Source of the DNA: Octopus sinensis
Taxonomy: Eukaryota
NCBI RefSeq assembly: GCF_006345805.1
Contig: NC_042997.1
Coordinates: 48,360,001-48,424,000, forward strand
DNA length: 64,000 nt
Direction of reading: 5' to 3'
Position 1 is the first letter of the stretch. Every line of letters begins with the position of its first letter. A model generated the notes under the pieces. That model was not told the origin of the DNA. It worked only from the letters and a program-made list of their open reading frames with translations, and did no database searches. The position numbers and the translations under genes are program-made. This document shows positions 53,110 to 64,000 of this stretch, piece by piece.

Positions 53110-53300
53110 CTACTCTTGACACAAGGTCCGAAATTTTTGGGAAGGTGTCAAGTCGATTAGATCGACATCAATTCACAACTGGTACTTAATTTATCGACTC
53201 CGAAAGGATGAAAGGCAAAGTGGACCGCGGCGGAATTTGAACTCAGAACGCTAAGCATTTCGTCCGGCGTGCTAACGTTTCCTCCAGCTCGTTGCCTTAA
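53110..53300 (-). mobile_element. SINE with a tRNA-like head and GCCTTTCATCCTTTCGG.GTCGATAAA core
   Basis: Reverse complement: aaggcaacgagctggaggaaacgttagcacgccggacgaaatgcttagcgttctgagttcaaattccgccgcggtccactttgcctttcatcctttcggagtcgataaattaagtaccagttg. Confidence 0.75.
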
Positions 53301-53940
53301 TGAAATAAATACTATAACATTAATATAATAAATTATTTACTGGCAGACGTATGCATGTTTCAGGCGTTTTCTCAATCTATACTTATATTTGCAGGGTACA
53401 AATAAATGAGGCACAGGTTTCTCTTTTGAAATGGACACTACGACATGCATTCTATGTCGATTTCAATAAAATGTGATGTATAATAACTGAAGTATTTAAA
53501 TATTAGCATATGAAAATTATTGTAATGTGGAACGCAAAAAAGCAATTTCAAATTCGTAATAAACGCTAATGATATACGTAATGTTTAAGAAACATCTTTT
53601 ATCAAAGTGATGTTAAAATAACAAGGATGAATAGTTTTAGATTTAAACAGAATTATCAAGTCACCTTTATAAACATCAAGGAAAGTACAATAAAGGGAGT
53701 TTTGAGATAAACAATTTGAAAGAGGCAATAGGATTTCCTTTTTGTTTTCTAACTTTATCTCTAGCCTTATGAATATTCATTAAAGGAGCATAATATTCCA
53801 CATGTTCTGGATCATATTAATACCTACCTACATACATACATACATACATACATACATACATACATACATACATACATACATACATACATACATACATACA
53901 TACATACATACATACATACATACATACATACATACATACG

Positions 53941-53983
<43 letters not shown>

Positions 53984-54003
53984 TATATATATACATACGT
54001 ATG

Positions 54004-54045
<42 letters not shown>

Positions 54046-54207
54046 TCAAATTGCGATAAAATAAAAATAATTATAATCGCTGGTATTACTAACACAAGCC
54101 ATATATTTTTCATATATCAGTACATTAAGGCGAAATATGTGCTAGGAATACAGAAGCTTGATAAATTAAGTGAAATGAAGATAAAAACATTTACTAAACC
54201 GGAAAAT

Positions 54208-54279
54208 TCTCAGACTGCAGTTTCTTTCTATTCAGCAAACAAGATAATTTATTTGCCCAGGGAGAATTCTTCAGTGAGA
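54208..54279 (-). ncRNA. Minimal type I hammerhead, unit 1
   Basis: TCTCA-CTGAAGA-aTTCT...GCAAATAA/TTGTTTGC...AGAAa-GAAA-CTGCAG-TC^TGAGA; ACTGCAGT is an 8-nt palindrome; predicted cut between 54213 and 54212. Confidence 0.8.
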
Positions 54280-54603
54280 CCCTGTTTTTCTGGGATCCTA
54301 ACTCACTAGAAGCATGTGCGTCTAATGAATTACTCTTCCTAACTAATCATATCACTGCGCAGACTCCGAACGTCCCGACAACACTAGGGAATTCTGGTAT
54401 ATCGCCTGGCGCTCATAATTTATCGAGAAATATGTAAACAAATCAATTGCGATAAAATAAAAATAATTATAATCGCTGGTATTACTAACACAAGCCATAT
54501 ATTTTTCATATATCAGTACATTAAGGCGAAATATGTGCTAGGAATACAGAAGCTTGATAAATTAAGTGAAATGAAGATAAAAACATTTACTAAACCGGAA
54601 AAT

Positions 54604-54675
54604 TCTCAGACTGCAGTTTCTTTCTATTCAGCAAACAAGATAATTTATTTGCCCAGGGAGAATTCTTCAGTGAGA
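54604..54675 (-). ncRNA. Minimal type I hammerhead, unit 2
   Basis: Same sequence as unit 1. Confidence 0.8.
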
Positions 54676-55000
54676 CCCTGTTTTTCTGGGATCCTAACTC
54701 ACTAGAAGCATGTGCGTCTAATGAATTACTCTTCCTAACTAATCATATCACTGCGCAGACTCCGAACGTCCCGACAACACTAGGGAATTCTGGTATATCG
54801 CCTGGCGCTCATAATTTATCGAGAAATATGTAAACAAATCAAATTGCGATAAAATAAAAATAATTATAATCGCTGGTATTACTAACACAAGCCATATATT
54901 TTTCATATATCAGTACATTAAGGCGAAATATGTGCTAGGAATACAGAAGCTTGATAAATTAAGTGAAATGAAGATAAAAACATTTACTAAACCGGAAAAT

Positions 55001-55072
55001 TCTCAGACTGCAGTTTCTTTCTATTCAGCAAACAAGATAATTTATTTGCCCAGGGAGAATTCTTCAGTGAGA
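55001..55072 (-). ncRNA. Minimal type I hammerhead, unit 3
   Basis: Same sequence as unit 1. Confidence 0.8.
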
Positions 55073-55396
55073 CCCTGTTTTTCTGGGATCCTAACTCACT
55101 AGAAGCATGTGCGTCTAATGAATTACTCTTCCTAACTAATCATATCACTGCGCAGACTCCGAACGTCCCGACAACACTAGGGAATTCTGGTATATCGCCT
55201 GGCGCTCATAATTTATCGAGAAATATGTAAACAAATCAAATTGCGATAAAATAAAAATAATTATAATCGCTGGTATTACTAACACAAGCCATATATTTTT
55301 CATATATCAGTACATTAGGCGAAATATGTGCTAGGAATACAGAAGCTTGATAAATTAAGCGAAATGAAGATAAAAACATTTACTAAACCGGAAAAT

Positions 55397-55468
55397 TCTC
55401 AGACTGCAGTTTCTTTCTATTCAGCAAACAAGATAATTTATTTGCCCAGGGAGAATTCTTCAGTGAGA
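55397..55468 (-). ncRNA. Minimal type I hammerhead, unit 4
   Basis: Same sequence as unit 1. Confidence 0.8.
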
Positions 55469-55558
55469 CCCTGTTTTTCTGGGATCCTAACTCACTAGAA
55501 GCATGTGCGTCTAATGAATTACTCTTCCTAACTAATCATATCACTGTATATATATACA

Positions 55559-55723
55559 CTTTATTTAAAGCAGCAGAAAATTCAACAAAACCTGTTACTC
55601 TGAGTTTCACGTTGCCGTTCGTCGGACAGTTTTTGCTAGAATCGAGCAAAAACTGTCCGACGAACGGCAACGTGAAACTCAGAGTAACAGGTTTTGTTGA
55701 ATTTTCTGCTGCTTTAAATAAAG
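55559..55723. repeat. Perfect palindrome, 79-bp arms, 7-nt loop
   Basis: 55559-55637 versus 55645-55723, loop agaatcg. Confidence 0.95.
55650..55695 (+). ncRNA. Hammerhead motif with a CCGACGA core (mirror copy at 55587-55632, minus strand)
   Basis: aaaCTGT-CCGACGA-ACG gcaa CGT-GAAA-CTC a GAG-TA^ACAGgtttt. Confidence 0.65.
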
Positions 55724-55942
55724 CATATTACTCTACCTCTGGTATTTGAGTACTCTTTTTTCCACCTTGTTTCACATTTATGTATTTACTCCGGTATATA
55801 TATATATATTTTACCTTGTTGACAATTAACACGGATAAATGAATGAATAGTTACCAGGGCATCAAAAATCTCACAAGTAAAGATGTTGTAACTCCTTGTT
55901 TATAAAGGTTGAAGCTTCGTATGTACGTTGAATATTTGAATA

Positions 55943-56274
55943 ATATGAATAAAAAATGGAGTTAACGCAGGTTTAAACAAGTATTTTTACTTTCTACATA
56001 TGTTTCTAAAATTCCACTGATACTTATTCAAAAAGAGTAAAAGGTATAAACAATGCATCTTCTCTTCGGAAAGTGAAAAAACGAAACTTGTCAATACGAC
56101 ATTTTAGCAAAAATGTCGTATTGACAAGTTTCGTTTTTTCACTTTCCCGAAGAGAAGATTGCATTGTTTATACCTTTTACTCTTTTTGAATAAGTATCAG
56201 TGGAATTTTAGAAACATATGTAGAAAGTAAAAATACTTGTTTAAACCTGCGTTAACTCCATTTTTTATTCATAT
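55943..56274. repeat. Near-perfect palindrome, ~163-bp arms
   Basis: Centre gacatttt-agc-aaaaatgtc at ~56107; the arms differ by a few 1-bp indels. Confidence 0.93.
56141..56228 (+). ncRNA. Hammerhead motif with a CCGAAGA core (mirror copy at 55989-56074, minus strand)
   Basis: ACTTTC-CCGAAGA-gAAGATT gCATTG...CAGTG gAATTTTa-GAAA-CATATG-TA^GAAAGT; ACATATGT is an 8-nt palindrome; stem I is 6 bp. Confidence 0.62.
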
Positions 56275-56544
56275 ATATATATATATATGGATGAAAGCAT
56301 CCTAGTTACATAGGATATAGCCTATTCTTATTTTTATTTTTAAAATGCTAACGCACACAAACATATAAATATATAAACGAATTCATTTATTCTTCAAACA
56401 CGCATCTACACATACGAACAAATTAGTAAGATCTATATACATAAGAATTTATAACGGATATATTGTTTTATCTTTATTCAATTCAGTCTGTTTTATAGCC
56501 TCAAACTAACATGTAATTTTTTCATGTTGATTAGCCCTGATGAG

Positions 56545-56578
<34 letters not shown>

Positions 56579-56685
56579 TGTGTGTGTGTGTGTGTTGTGT
56601 GTGTGTGCGTGCGTGTGTGTGTATGCATGTGTGTATATATGTATGCATGTATGTATGTATGTATGTATGTATGTATGTATATATG

Positions 56686-57075
56686 TCAGGTTACTTTCAA
56701 GTGCTACTGGTAACATGTAACCCAGTATTACCTGTTGCATGGTCGGGTCGTCGGCGACTAAACCGGCAACCCCACCAAGCTCGCTTGGTGAGGAGGGTGT
56801 TTATTGGTCACCCTGCGGGATGAAAAACAAAACCCGTCAAAGGGCGGAGGAACTCTTGAGAGTCAACGGCCATCCAATAAATGTCTTAAAGCTGTATCAT
56901 GCGCGGGGACATAGAAATAATCGGATTGAATACCCGATCGCGCAGTTAAACCATTGGGTGTGAAGGACTCCTAGCCTTTGTCAGGGCATCCTTCTAGGAG
57001 AAGGCAGCTCAGGTAACTAGGATAACTCCGACATAAAATCTGCGGCTCAGTGGTTACCGATGATGTTGACTTGTT
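56686..57075 (+). mobile_element. Possible RTE-clade 5'UTR-like or SINE-like repeat
   Basis: GC-rich block with ggcaaccccacc and cagggcatccttctaggagaaggc, recalling RTE 5' UTR motifs; no coding follow-up. Confidence 0.35.
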
Positions 57076-57417
57076 CTTCTTTTTGGATTATGGTTGCTGT
57101 TGCTTAGTGAGTGGGATTGACTCAGTGCACAGCCTTTCCTCACTTAAAAAAATATCTTCTTGCACAAGCATTGCACGATAACAATATTGATTAAGCTTCG
57201 TGCAATGACCATAATCGATAACGAGGGGGTAGCCACCATGTATGTATGCATGCATGCATGCATAAAATAACACAAATTGGCTGAAGTTTAATCCAGCTCT
57301 TTCAGGCTTGTTTTTTTCAAATTCTTGAACAGATCAATTACATCATGTAAAAAAGAACATTTTCTGCAGATGAATTAAAATAAAATAAAATATAACATTT
57401 AGTATTTTTCACGTATA

Positions 57418-58941
57418 CACTGAACCTCAAAATACACGCTAGACGTGTGTAAGTGTGAAATATGTAATTTCATTGTCAGAGGTAAATGTTGATAAATCTA
57501 TAAAGTCAATTTATTGAATGCATTTTGATCACAGTCGTTGTCATGTGTTCTAGTAGTGAGCGGATCCAGCACAGCGATACTGGAGGGCGTGACATGTTCA
57601 ACACCGTGTATGCCTTCCCTGAGTGTTCAAAACGCCCATACACTGTCTGAATATGCAGTGCATGAGGCGGTTCACAAAGGCTATCTGCACTTGTGCTCAC
57701 AGCCTGGCAAAGCTGCCTCCAGTTCCTCACGAGTTGTCGTCCTTGGGACCACCTGTTTCTGACGTCTCTGGATTTCATCACATCGGTGTTTAATAGGGTT
57801 CAAATCTGGGATGAGAGCCGGCCACGGCATGGTACTGATGCGCTGACACATGAAGTCCATAGTGACCCTGGCTGTCTGGGAGGGAGAATTGACCTGCTGG
57901 AGCATGTGGCTATTGTAACATGCGAAGAAGGGCAAGATGTGAGATCTCACGATCCTGTCAACGTTGCGCTGCTCTGTGATGCCATTCCCTCTGCCTGCAC
58001 CAACGTTTTGGAACACACTGGGCCAAATTCTCTGATTCAGGTCAATAGCACTCCAAACCATATTGCTTTGACCACACCACCTGTCTCACTCCAGGACACA
58101 TGCGTCTTTGTAGCTTTCACTCCTCCTACGCCGCACCCTCACTCTGTCATTCGAGATGGAAACGCAGTACTAGCTCTCGTCAGCGAAGGCTATCCACCTC
58201 CATTGTTTATGCAACCAATGTCTGTGCCGTGTAGTCCACTTTAGTTGTGCCTGACGGCAGCGGACGGTGAGGACAGGTTCCGAGCATGACCATGGCAACG
58301 CAGGTTGTTGGCGGCCAGTCATAACACGTCGTACCATGTCGTCGCTGGCGGGTCTCTGTCCAGTGCCAATGGTCTTGCGAGCTGTCACGTTGACCGGGCT
58401 GAAGCGATCACGGTGGTGTTGCAGGTGGATAAAGCGGTCCTTCCTGGGCGTAGTCACCCGGAGGCACCCTCTGCTGGCACGTTCTGCAGTGTTGTTGGTG
58501 TTGTATTGCTGTTGCAGGCGATAGTTGGTGCTGACATGGACAATGTAAAGATTTCGCAGTAACTAGGGCACGCTACACTGCTTCCAATCGGTTGACAGTT
58601 TGTTCTCTCTGCGCAGCTGTCAATCGGGTCATACTTGATGTGTCCAAATTACTAATGCCAGGAACGCGGTTGAAGTTGATTTTTATACCTATAACCTCTA
58701 CGTGATGCACGTGCATTTCAGTTTTCATAACAATTGTTTGCGACTGCCATCCACGGCATTCAATGCAGCTGCGTTTTGGCATTTCGTTTCAGGGAAAGTT
58801 GAAAGGTTACCTGCAATTTGGGTCTCAGCCATAAACTAGCATTTCTTGGAATATTTACACTTACATCCCCGAAATAAATTTTCAGACTTTACCATATAAA
58901 AATGACATCTGAAGAAATCGCGTACCTCTTGAGGTTCAGGG
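57418..58941 (-). mobile_element. Tc1-like DNA transposon, 1524 bp, inactive
   Basis: TA|cactgaacctcaa ... ttgaggttcaggg|TA. Transposase pieces MTRLTAAQRE, TTPRKDRFI, WRWIAFADES, MVWSAI, PWPALIPDLNPIKH in shifted frames. Confidence 0.9.
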
Positions 58942-59060
58942 TACAGTATATTATGCATATTGATTTTCTTATCTCGAAGCCGGTTGAGATGAGAGAGTCA
59001 ATACGCACACTATACTATCTGTGTGAACAATTCTAAATATTAAATTCTGTTTTATTGTAA

Positions 59061-59111
59061 TTCACCTGAAGAGTGAATAAAATAAAACAAGTCTGAAACA
59101 GCTGTAGTGGA
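59061..59111 (+). ncRNA. Hammerhead motif with a weak stem II
   Basis: TTCAC-CTGAAGA-gtgaataaaataaaacaagtct-GAAA-CAGCTG-TA^GTGGA; ACAGCTGT is an 8-nt palindrome. Confidence 0.55.
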
Positions 59112-59355
59112 CTTCAGCCCGTTTCTGTTATTGTTATACTACACCACAACTGGAACCTTCCCACCGTTGCAGCTTGAGCTTACAGTGACTTGAATGTTCG
59201 AGTATGCTCTTGTGTTATTTTATGTGTACGTTGAGTGCATTTGGCCTAAACTTGTGAATGTGCGTACACCCTGTTAATACACAGGTATGCTATCTTTAAT
59301 TCTACCTTTGCTTCATCGATTTTACTGGATCCAGAAAGTAATTATTTGTGTGTGT

Positions 59356-59397
<42 letters not shown>

Positions 59398-60379
59398 TGT
59401 GTGTTTGTGTAGGCCGCGTTGTGTTCTATTATAAATAAATGAAAAATACGCATTAAATATACGACGTCACCATCGAGTAAAATATACGTAACTACAAGAG
59501 ATAAGTAAACAATAAGTACAGAAATCACCAACGAGAGAAAAATACGTAAGCACTTAACGAGAGACAAGTGCGGGACAAAATACCAAAAGAAGTGTAACTC
59601 TTCCTCGGTTGTCGACTGTTTATTACTGCTTATTTCGTGCTTTCAACGGCAAGATAAGAAAACCTAATAAGATAGCAGCATCCAGAAATTTTAAGAAAGT
59701 AAAATTTGTGGAAAGTTAGGGCTTCGAACGAAAAACAACAACAGGGTGGACGTACAGAGTAAAGAATCAACGAAGACAAACATTAAGAACCAAGACGAAT
59801 TGTAATGTGTAACACCTTGGAGAAATTTTGAAACAATATGAAATAAATAGAAGAGAAGAAAATAGTGGAAGAGAAAAATGTCGATATGCGAGAGAAATGA
59901 TGTCCAGCTAGGTGGACGTCTGATCCAGAAAAGACAAAGGCGAGAGAAAAATGGCATGTAGTCACGTGTGACCAACAAGCAGAGAGAAAAGGGGTTCTCT
60001 CAATCGTTCTATGATCATCTTTATTTTCCGTTTTTCCCCCTCCTTCTTTGCTGTCCCATGTCTTCCGTCAATTCCCTACTACATTTCGTTCCTTCTCCTT
60101 TCTCCTCACTCCCTTTGATTCTTTCCCTCATCCTCTCTCTCGTCCCCCTCCTCTCTGCCTGTTGGTCACACGTTTCTGTATGTATATATGTATGTATATG
60201 TACAGATTTGTATATTTGGTTTTATGTATGTATTATCATGCATATAGCTGCGTATCTAGACATGCTCATATACATTTAAATGATAAATATCTTGAAAATT
60301 TTATAAATTTTTACAGTGCACTGATGGATTGGATCTGTAGTCTTTGAATTAGCTTTCTTTTTTCTGGTTTTGAGAAACC

Positions 60380-61080
60380 TAAATTTCAAGATGTGTATTT
60401 AGCCAGTGTTGTTACATATCCCAAGGCCCCAATAGTAAGTATAAACCTGAACTTGTAATCTGGATAGAGTAATCGCAAATTTCTCAATAGTTCTCGACAG
60501 ATATTTTTTTTTCGTTAATCTTTAGCTTCATGTTAACATCCGCTGGGCAGGTGATTTCCACAACTGTACACAATTTCTCTTCTTTATCCCAAATCATTAT
60601 GTCAGATCTATTCTGTTTTGACTGGGGTATTCCACCATTACTCTTTTTTTTATGAGTGGCTATGGGTTCTTATTTCTTTTTCCTTGGTGTTATCCTTCCG
60701 AGGGATCATTTTATGCAGTGTCCTAGCTACAACATCACAACTCATCGTTAGATAATTCCGTGATGACCTTTTTGGACAATTGGTTATGACGTGAGTGATA
60801 TCTTCTGTGATAACTTCACAAAGTCTGCATCGGTTGTTACATTTTGCTGCTTTTCCTGCATCTCTGCCCGTAATAATCCTGCTGGTGGTCCATGATAGAC
60901 TGCTTTGATGAGCAATGTTACGATCATCTCGGAGCTTATGTATGCATGTATCCACTGCATTATTGTTGCAAGATTTAACAAAAGCGGGATATCCAATGTA
61001 TGTCGTGACAAGATATGACGGCTTATTTTCATATTCATTTGGACAGAACGTCGGCATTATCACATAATCACGAGTAATGG
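60380..61080 (-). mobile_element. Restriction-like-endonuclease LINE (R2 superfamily) 3' fragment
   Basis: CRLCEVITEDITHVITNCP knuckle, CDVVAR, then NRSDIMIWDKEEKLCTVVEITCPAD...NEK; may extend to ~61900. Confidence 0.7.
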
Positions 61081-62040
61081 CTTATTTTTAAAGGAAAACA
61101 TCGAAAACCTTTCTCTAAAATATGCAATATCGAATTTAAGAGCTGGGCTATAGATACACTGTTGATAATATGGTAACGCAAAGAAGAGGTTTAAATTCTT
61201 AAAAACATATAAACACATTACGTGTGGACTGCGTATTAAGTATAAAACATACTGTATGTATAAAAATAACAAAACAAACACGAATTGACAGAACAATATC
61301 CATGAATGGATCAGCCTTTATGAAAGAATATATTCATACACTCACACAAACCAAAAAAAAAGTAAATATCTTCTCAAGAGTAAGTCGAGAAAAGTTTAAA
61401 CGAAATTCCTTTAATTTCCTACTTTATTCCCTGGGATTGTTTCTGCAAATTCAGCTTATTTAATATATATATATATGGCATAATAACTACGTATTAAAAC
61501 GTAACACTACTCTTGAACATTAGTCACCAAATTTTAATTGATTGAGAACTGCATTAAACGCATTCCATGCATTTGTGTAATTCCTATGAAAGAAGAAAAA
61601 GCATGGATGCATCACAGGTTGAGAACAAAAGAAGATTTGAAAAAATTAACGGCAGAAGACACAATTGAGAAGAGATATCCGAGTCTGGAATCATTGAAAA
61701 TATGTGGTATGAAAAAACATGATTGCGTATCATTGTTAATCGAAGCTTGTCTGTTTCGGAGAACCAGAAAAATTAGAGATACATTGCATGTAGTTCCTGA
61801 TAACCATCTTAATAAATCCAGATGTGCCAACTCCATGTAGCTAACTTTACAGAAAGACGAGCATTTGAATCATTTAAATAACCTAGAAGTCTTAATTCAA
61901 TTGATTGTTCAAGTAACTTGTTCAAGTAACTTGAGATTGAATTGTATAGGATTGTTGGGTAAGAATGTATATACCATGAAATAATTCAACTGATCATCAT
62001 AGAGATCAACGTAATCACGAATGAGAAAATATTTTTTTCG

Positions 62041-62225
62041 CTATTATATAAGGGAAGTAACTCTCTAAAAATGTCTACGATGAGTCAACGATTTAAAAAA
62101 AAGTTTACCATCATTTTTTTTCCATTTTTAATGCATTTTTTTGCTATTTTTGGCTGTAACTCTCTGAAAATGCTTATATAGTTATTTCCCTTACAAACCC
62201 GAGCAACGCCGGGCGATACTGCTAG
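62041..62225 (+). mobile_element. Short non-autonomous Helitron
   Basis: 3' hairpin cccgagcaacgccggg (62198-62213), then cgatactg CTAG|T; 5' end ctattatataaggg is only approximately canonical. Confidence 0.7.
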
Positions 62226-63231
62226 TATTGAATAAATGCTTGAAGATATAACCCGTCCATGAATCATACATCACTTCGAAAAGAAAATCTAGAACAAAAC
62301 AATGCCTCACCGCCACAAATACCAATTTGATTCAACAGAAATTTCAAGAAATATATTCAAAATGCAGCCAAACGAACACAATTTTCTCTGATCACAAACT
62401 ATCAATAACGTGATATCACAGGAGCCAGCTGCCTTATCGATATCAATTGTTCCTAGAGAACAATACTGACTCAGAAGACATCGTCCAATACTCAATAAGA
62501 TGTTTACAACACCAATATTTAATCTATATATTCCTTCTTATTCACGTCGTATCTGATGTGCCTGAGTACTGAAATTAATTAATAAAAGTATTCAATTCCA
62601 TAGACTTCTGTTGAAATTTCATAAATATTAGAAGCATATTTATTGAATTTAAGTAGCTGCATGTGATATTGAAATTGTAATGATTCCTTTACTTATATGA
62701 ATAATCATTCGTTACTGAATATCATGCTGTTAATAGTATGTTTAATTTCGATAGCTTTATTTATCGCGTTATTTACTTTCAGCTGATTAGAAACTTGTTT
62801 CAACATTTTACTGACTCAGCTTAATCATATAAATACGCCTCTTGTTCGGGATTATATTTAGTTTCTAACATATCTGTGGTCCGAGTGCCCGCTCAATAGC
62901 AGCTCAGACCAAATATTTAAAATTTATTTGTGTATATTACAAAATTCTGTTTCACTACTTGATTCACTCTACCAATCACACACACAAACACTCACAAATT
63001 TATACGTACATATATGTGTGTGCTTGTGTGCCGGTGGGTGTATGTGTGTATGTGTGTGCTTGTGTGCGTCTACAGAAGCAGAAAGAAAGACAGACAGACA
63101 CAAAGAGAGGGTGTGAGAGAGTTCTATGAACATAATGGAATGTAATTAACGGTTAAAACAATGTATCATAAAATTCTCTCTTTCTATTCCTCTTTCTCTC
63201 TATGTATGTATATATATACACACACACACAA

Positions 63232-63272
<41 letters not shown>

Positions 63273-64000
63273 AATGTATGTGCATGAGTAGGTATGTTTG
63301 TGTAGATATATAGATATACACACATATAAGCATACTACACACACACAACGCACACAAACACGTACATATATACTTCATATAATCGCATTTTAGATTAAAA
63401 TAGCACTGGAAGGTAAATGACAATTTCTTGCTGTCTGACATGCTGAATAGTATGAAATAGTTGCAATGGTATGAAGATACACAAGTTTATTAAATGAACC
63501 GTTTAAAGAAACCAAGTGAAGCGAAATTATCTTAGCTGAAAATTCTTATACTATATCGTAATGAGATCGCAGGGCACCGTTGGCATTTACCTTGTTAGTA
63601 GGTGCTTCACCTTTAAGGCATAACAGTGTTTCTCGAGGTTTTAGGTGATACTGTGGACCTAATGATTTTCACTGCCGTTATTACCACCTTATTTGTGCGG
63701 TTTCTATTTTCTCGTCGTAATCAACTTTATTGTATGACAATGATATTTGTATCCCTCTATACGTCTATGCATTTTTATCAATTGATATATATATATGTAT
63801 GTACGTATGCACGTTAGCGTATCACTAAACCATCCATCAATTTTGATGAAGAAAACATATATACGAATAAAGAAGCGAATCCGAAAAGAGCTGAAGTTCG
63901 AATCTATCTTAAGTGATGAGCAACGGAATTTGCCGAAACTGACGTCGGTACTCAGAATTCTTGATGGGCATATTCCAGACGATTGAAATCCCTCTTAGTG

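Larger units (their letters stand above)
54033..55546 (-). mobile_element. Tandem array of ~397-bp non-coding units (3.8 copies), each with a hammerhead: candidate non-LTR retrozyme
   Basis: Unit starts at 54033, 54430, 54826 and 55223; only a few SNPs or 1-bp indels seen; both ends run into TA repeats; hammerhead motif at the same position in all four units. Confidence 0.85.

Noticed and set aside
54033-55546. CRISPR-like or coding interpretation of the tandem array
   Set aside because: Units are fully repeated with no unique spacers, the context is eukaryotic, and there is no meaningful ORF
56686-57075. Looked for an HDV-like ribozyme in the RTE-like 5' block (also at the Tx1 and Dong B 5' ends)
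   Set aside because: Could not assemble P1/P2/P3/P1.1 by eye; a descriptor search (RNArobo or Infernal) is needed

Overview
AT-rich eukaryotic DNA packed with microsatellites and transposable elements. The SINE families resemble octopus tRNA-derived SINEs, so a cephalopod (Octopus-like) origin is inferred, not proven. I found no host protein-coding gene; most ORF-track entries are translated microsatellites or antisense frames of transposon ORFs. Recognisable elements: three head-to-tail R4/Dong-like LINE copies bounded by TAA-type arrays (4.7-12.1 kb), one split by a precisely inserted non-autonomous Helitron; a TA-flanked mariner and a TA-flanked Tc1; a Tc1-type MITE; a full-length Tx1/L1-clade LINE and a truncated copy, both next to (TCTA)n microsatellites; a Penelope-like element (RT C-terminus plus GIY-YIG) with an inverted terminal duplication; CR1 and restriction-like-endonuclease LINE fragments; and many SINEs. 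The main result is a set of type I hammerhead ribozyme motifs read by eye from the sequence. The most striking is a ~397-bp x 3.8 tandem array (54033-55546) with one minimal hammerhead per unit and a palindromic stem III, the architecture of metazoan non-LTR retrozymes. Several inverted repeats whose arms read outward from the centre also carry hammerheads and share the architecture of the Penelope element. All RNA folds were paired manually and need computational and in vitro confirmation.
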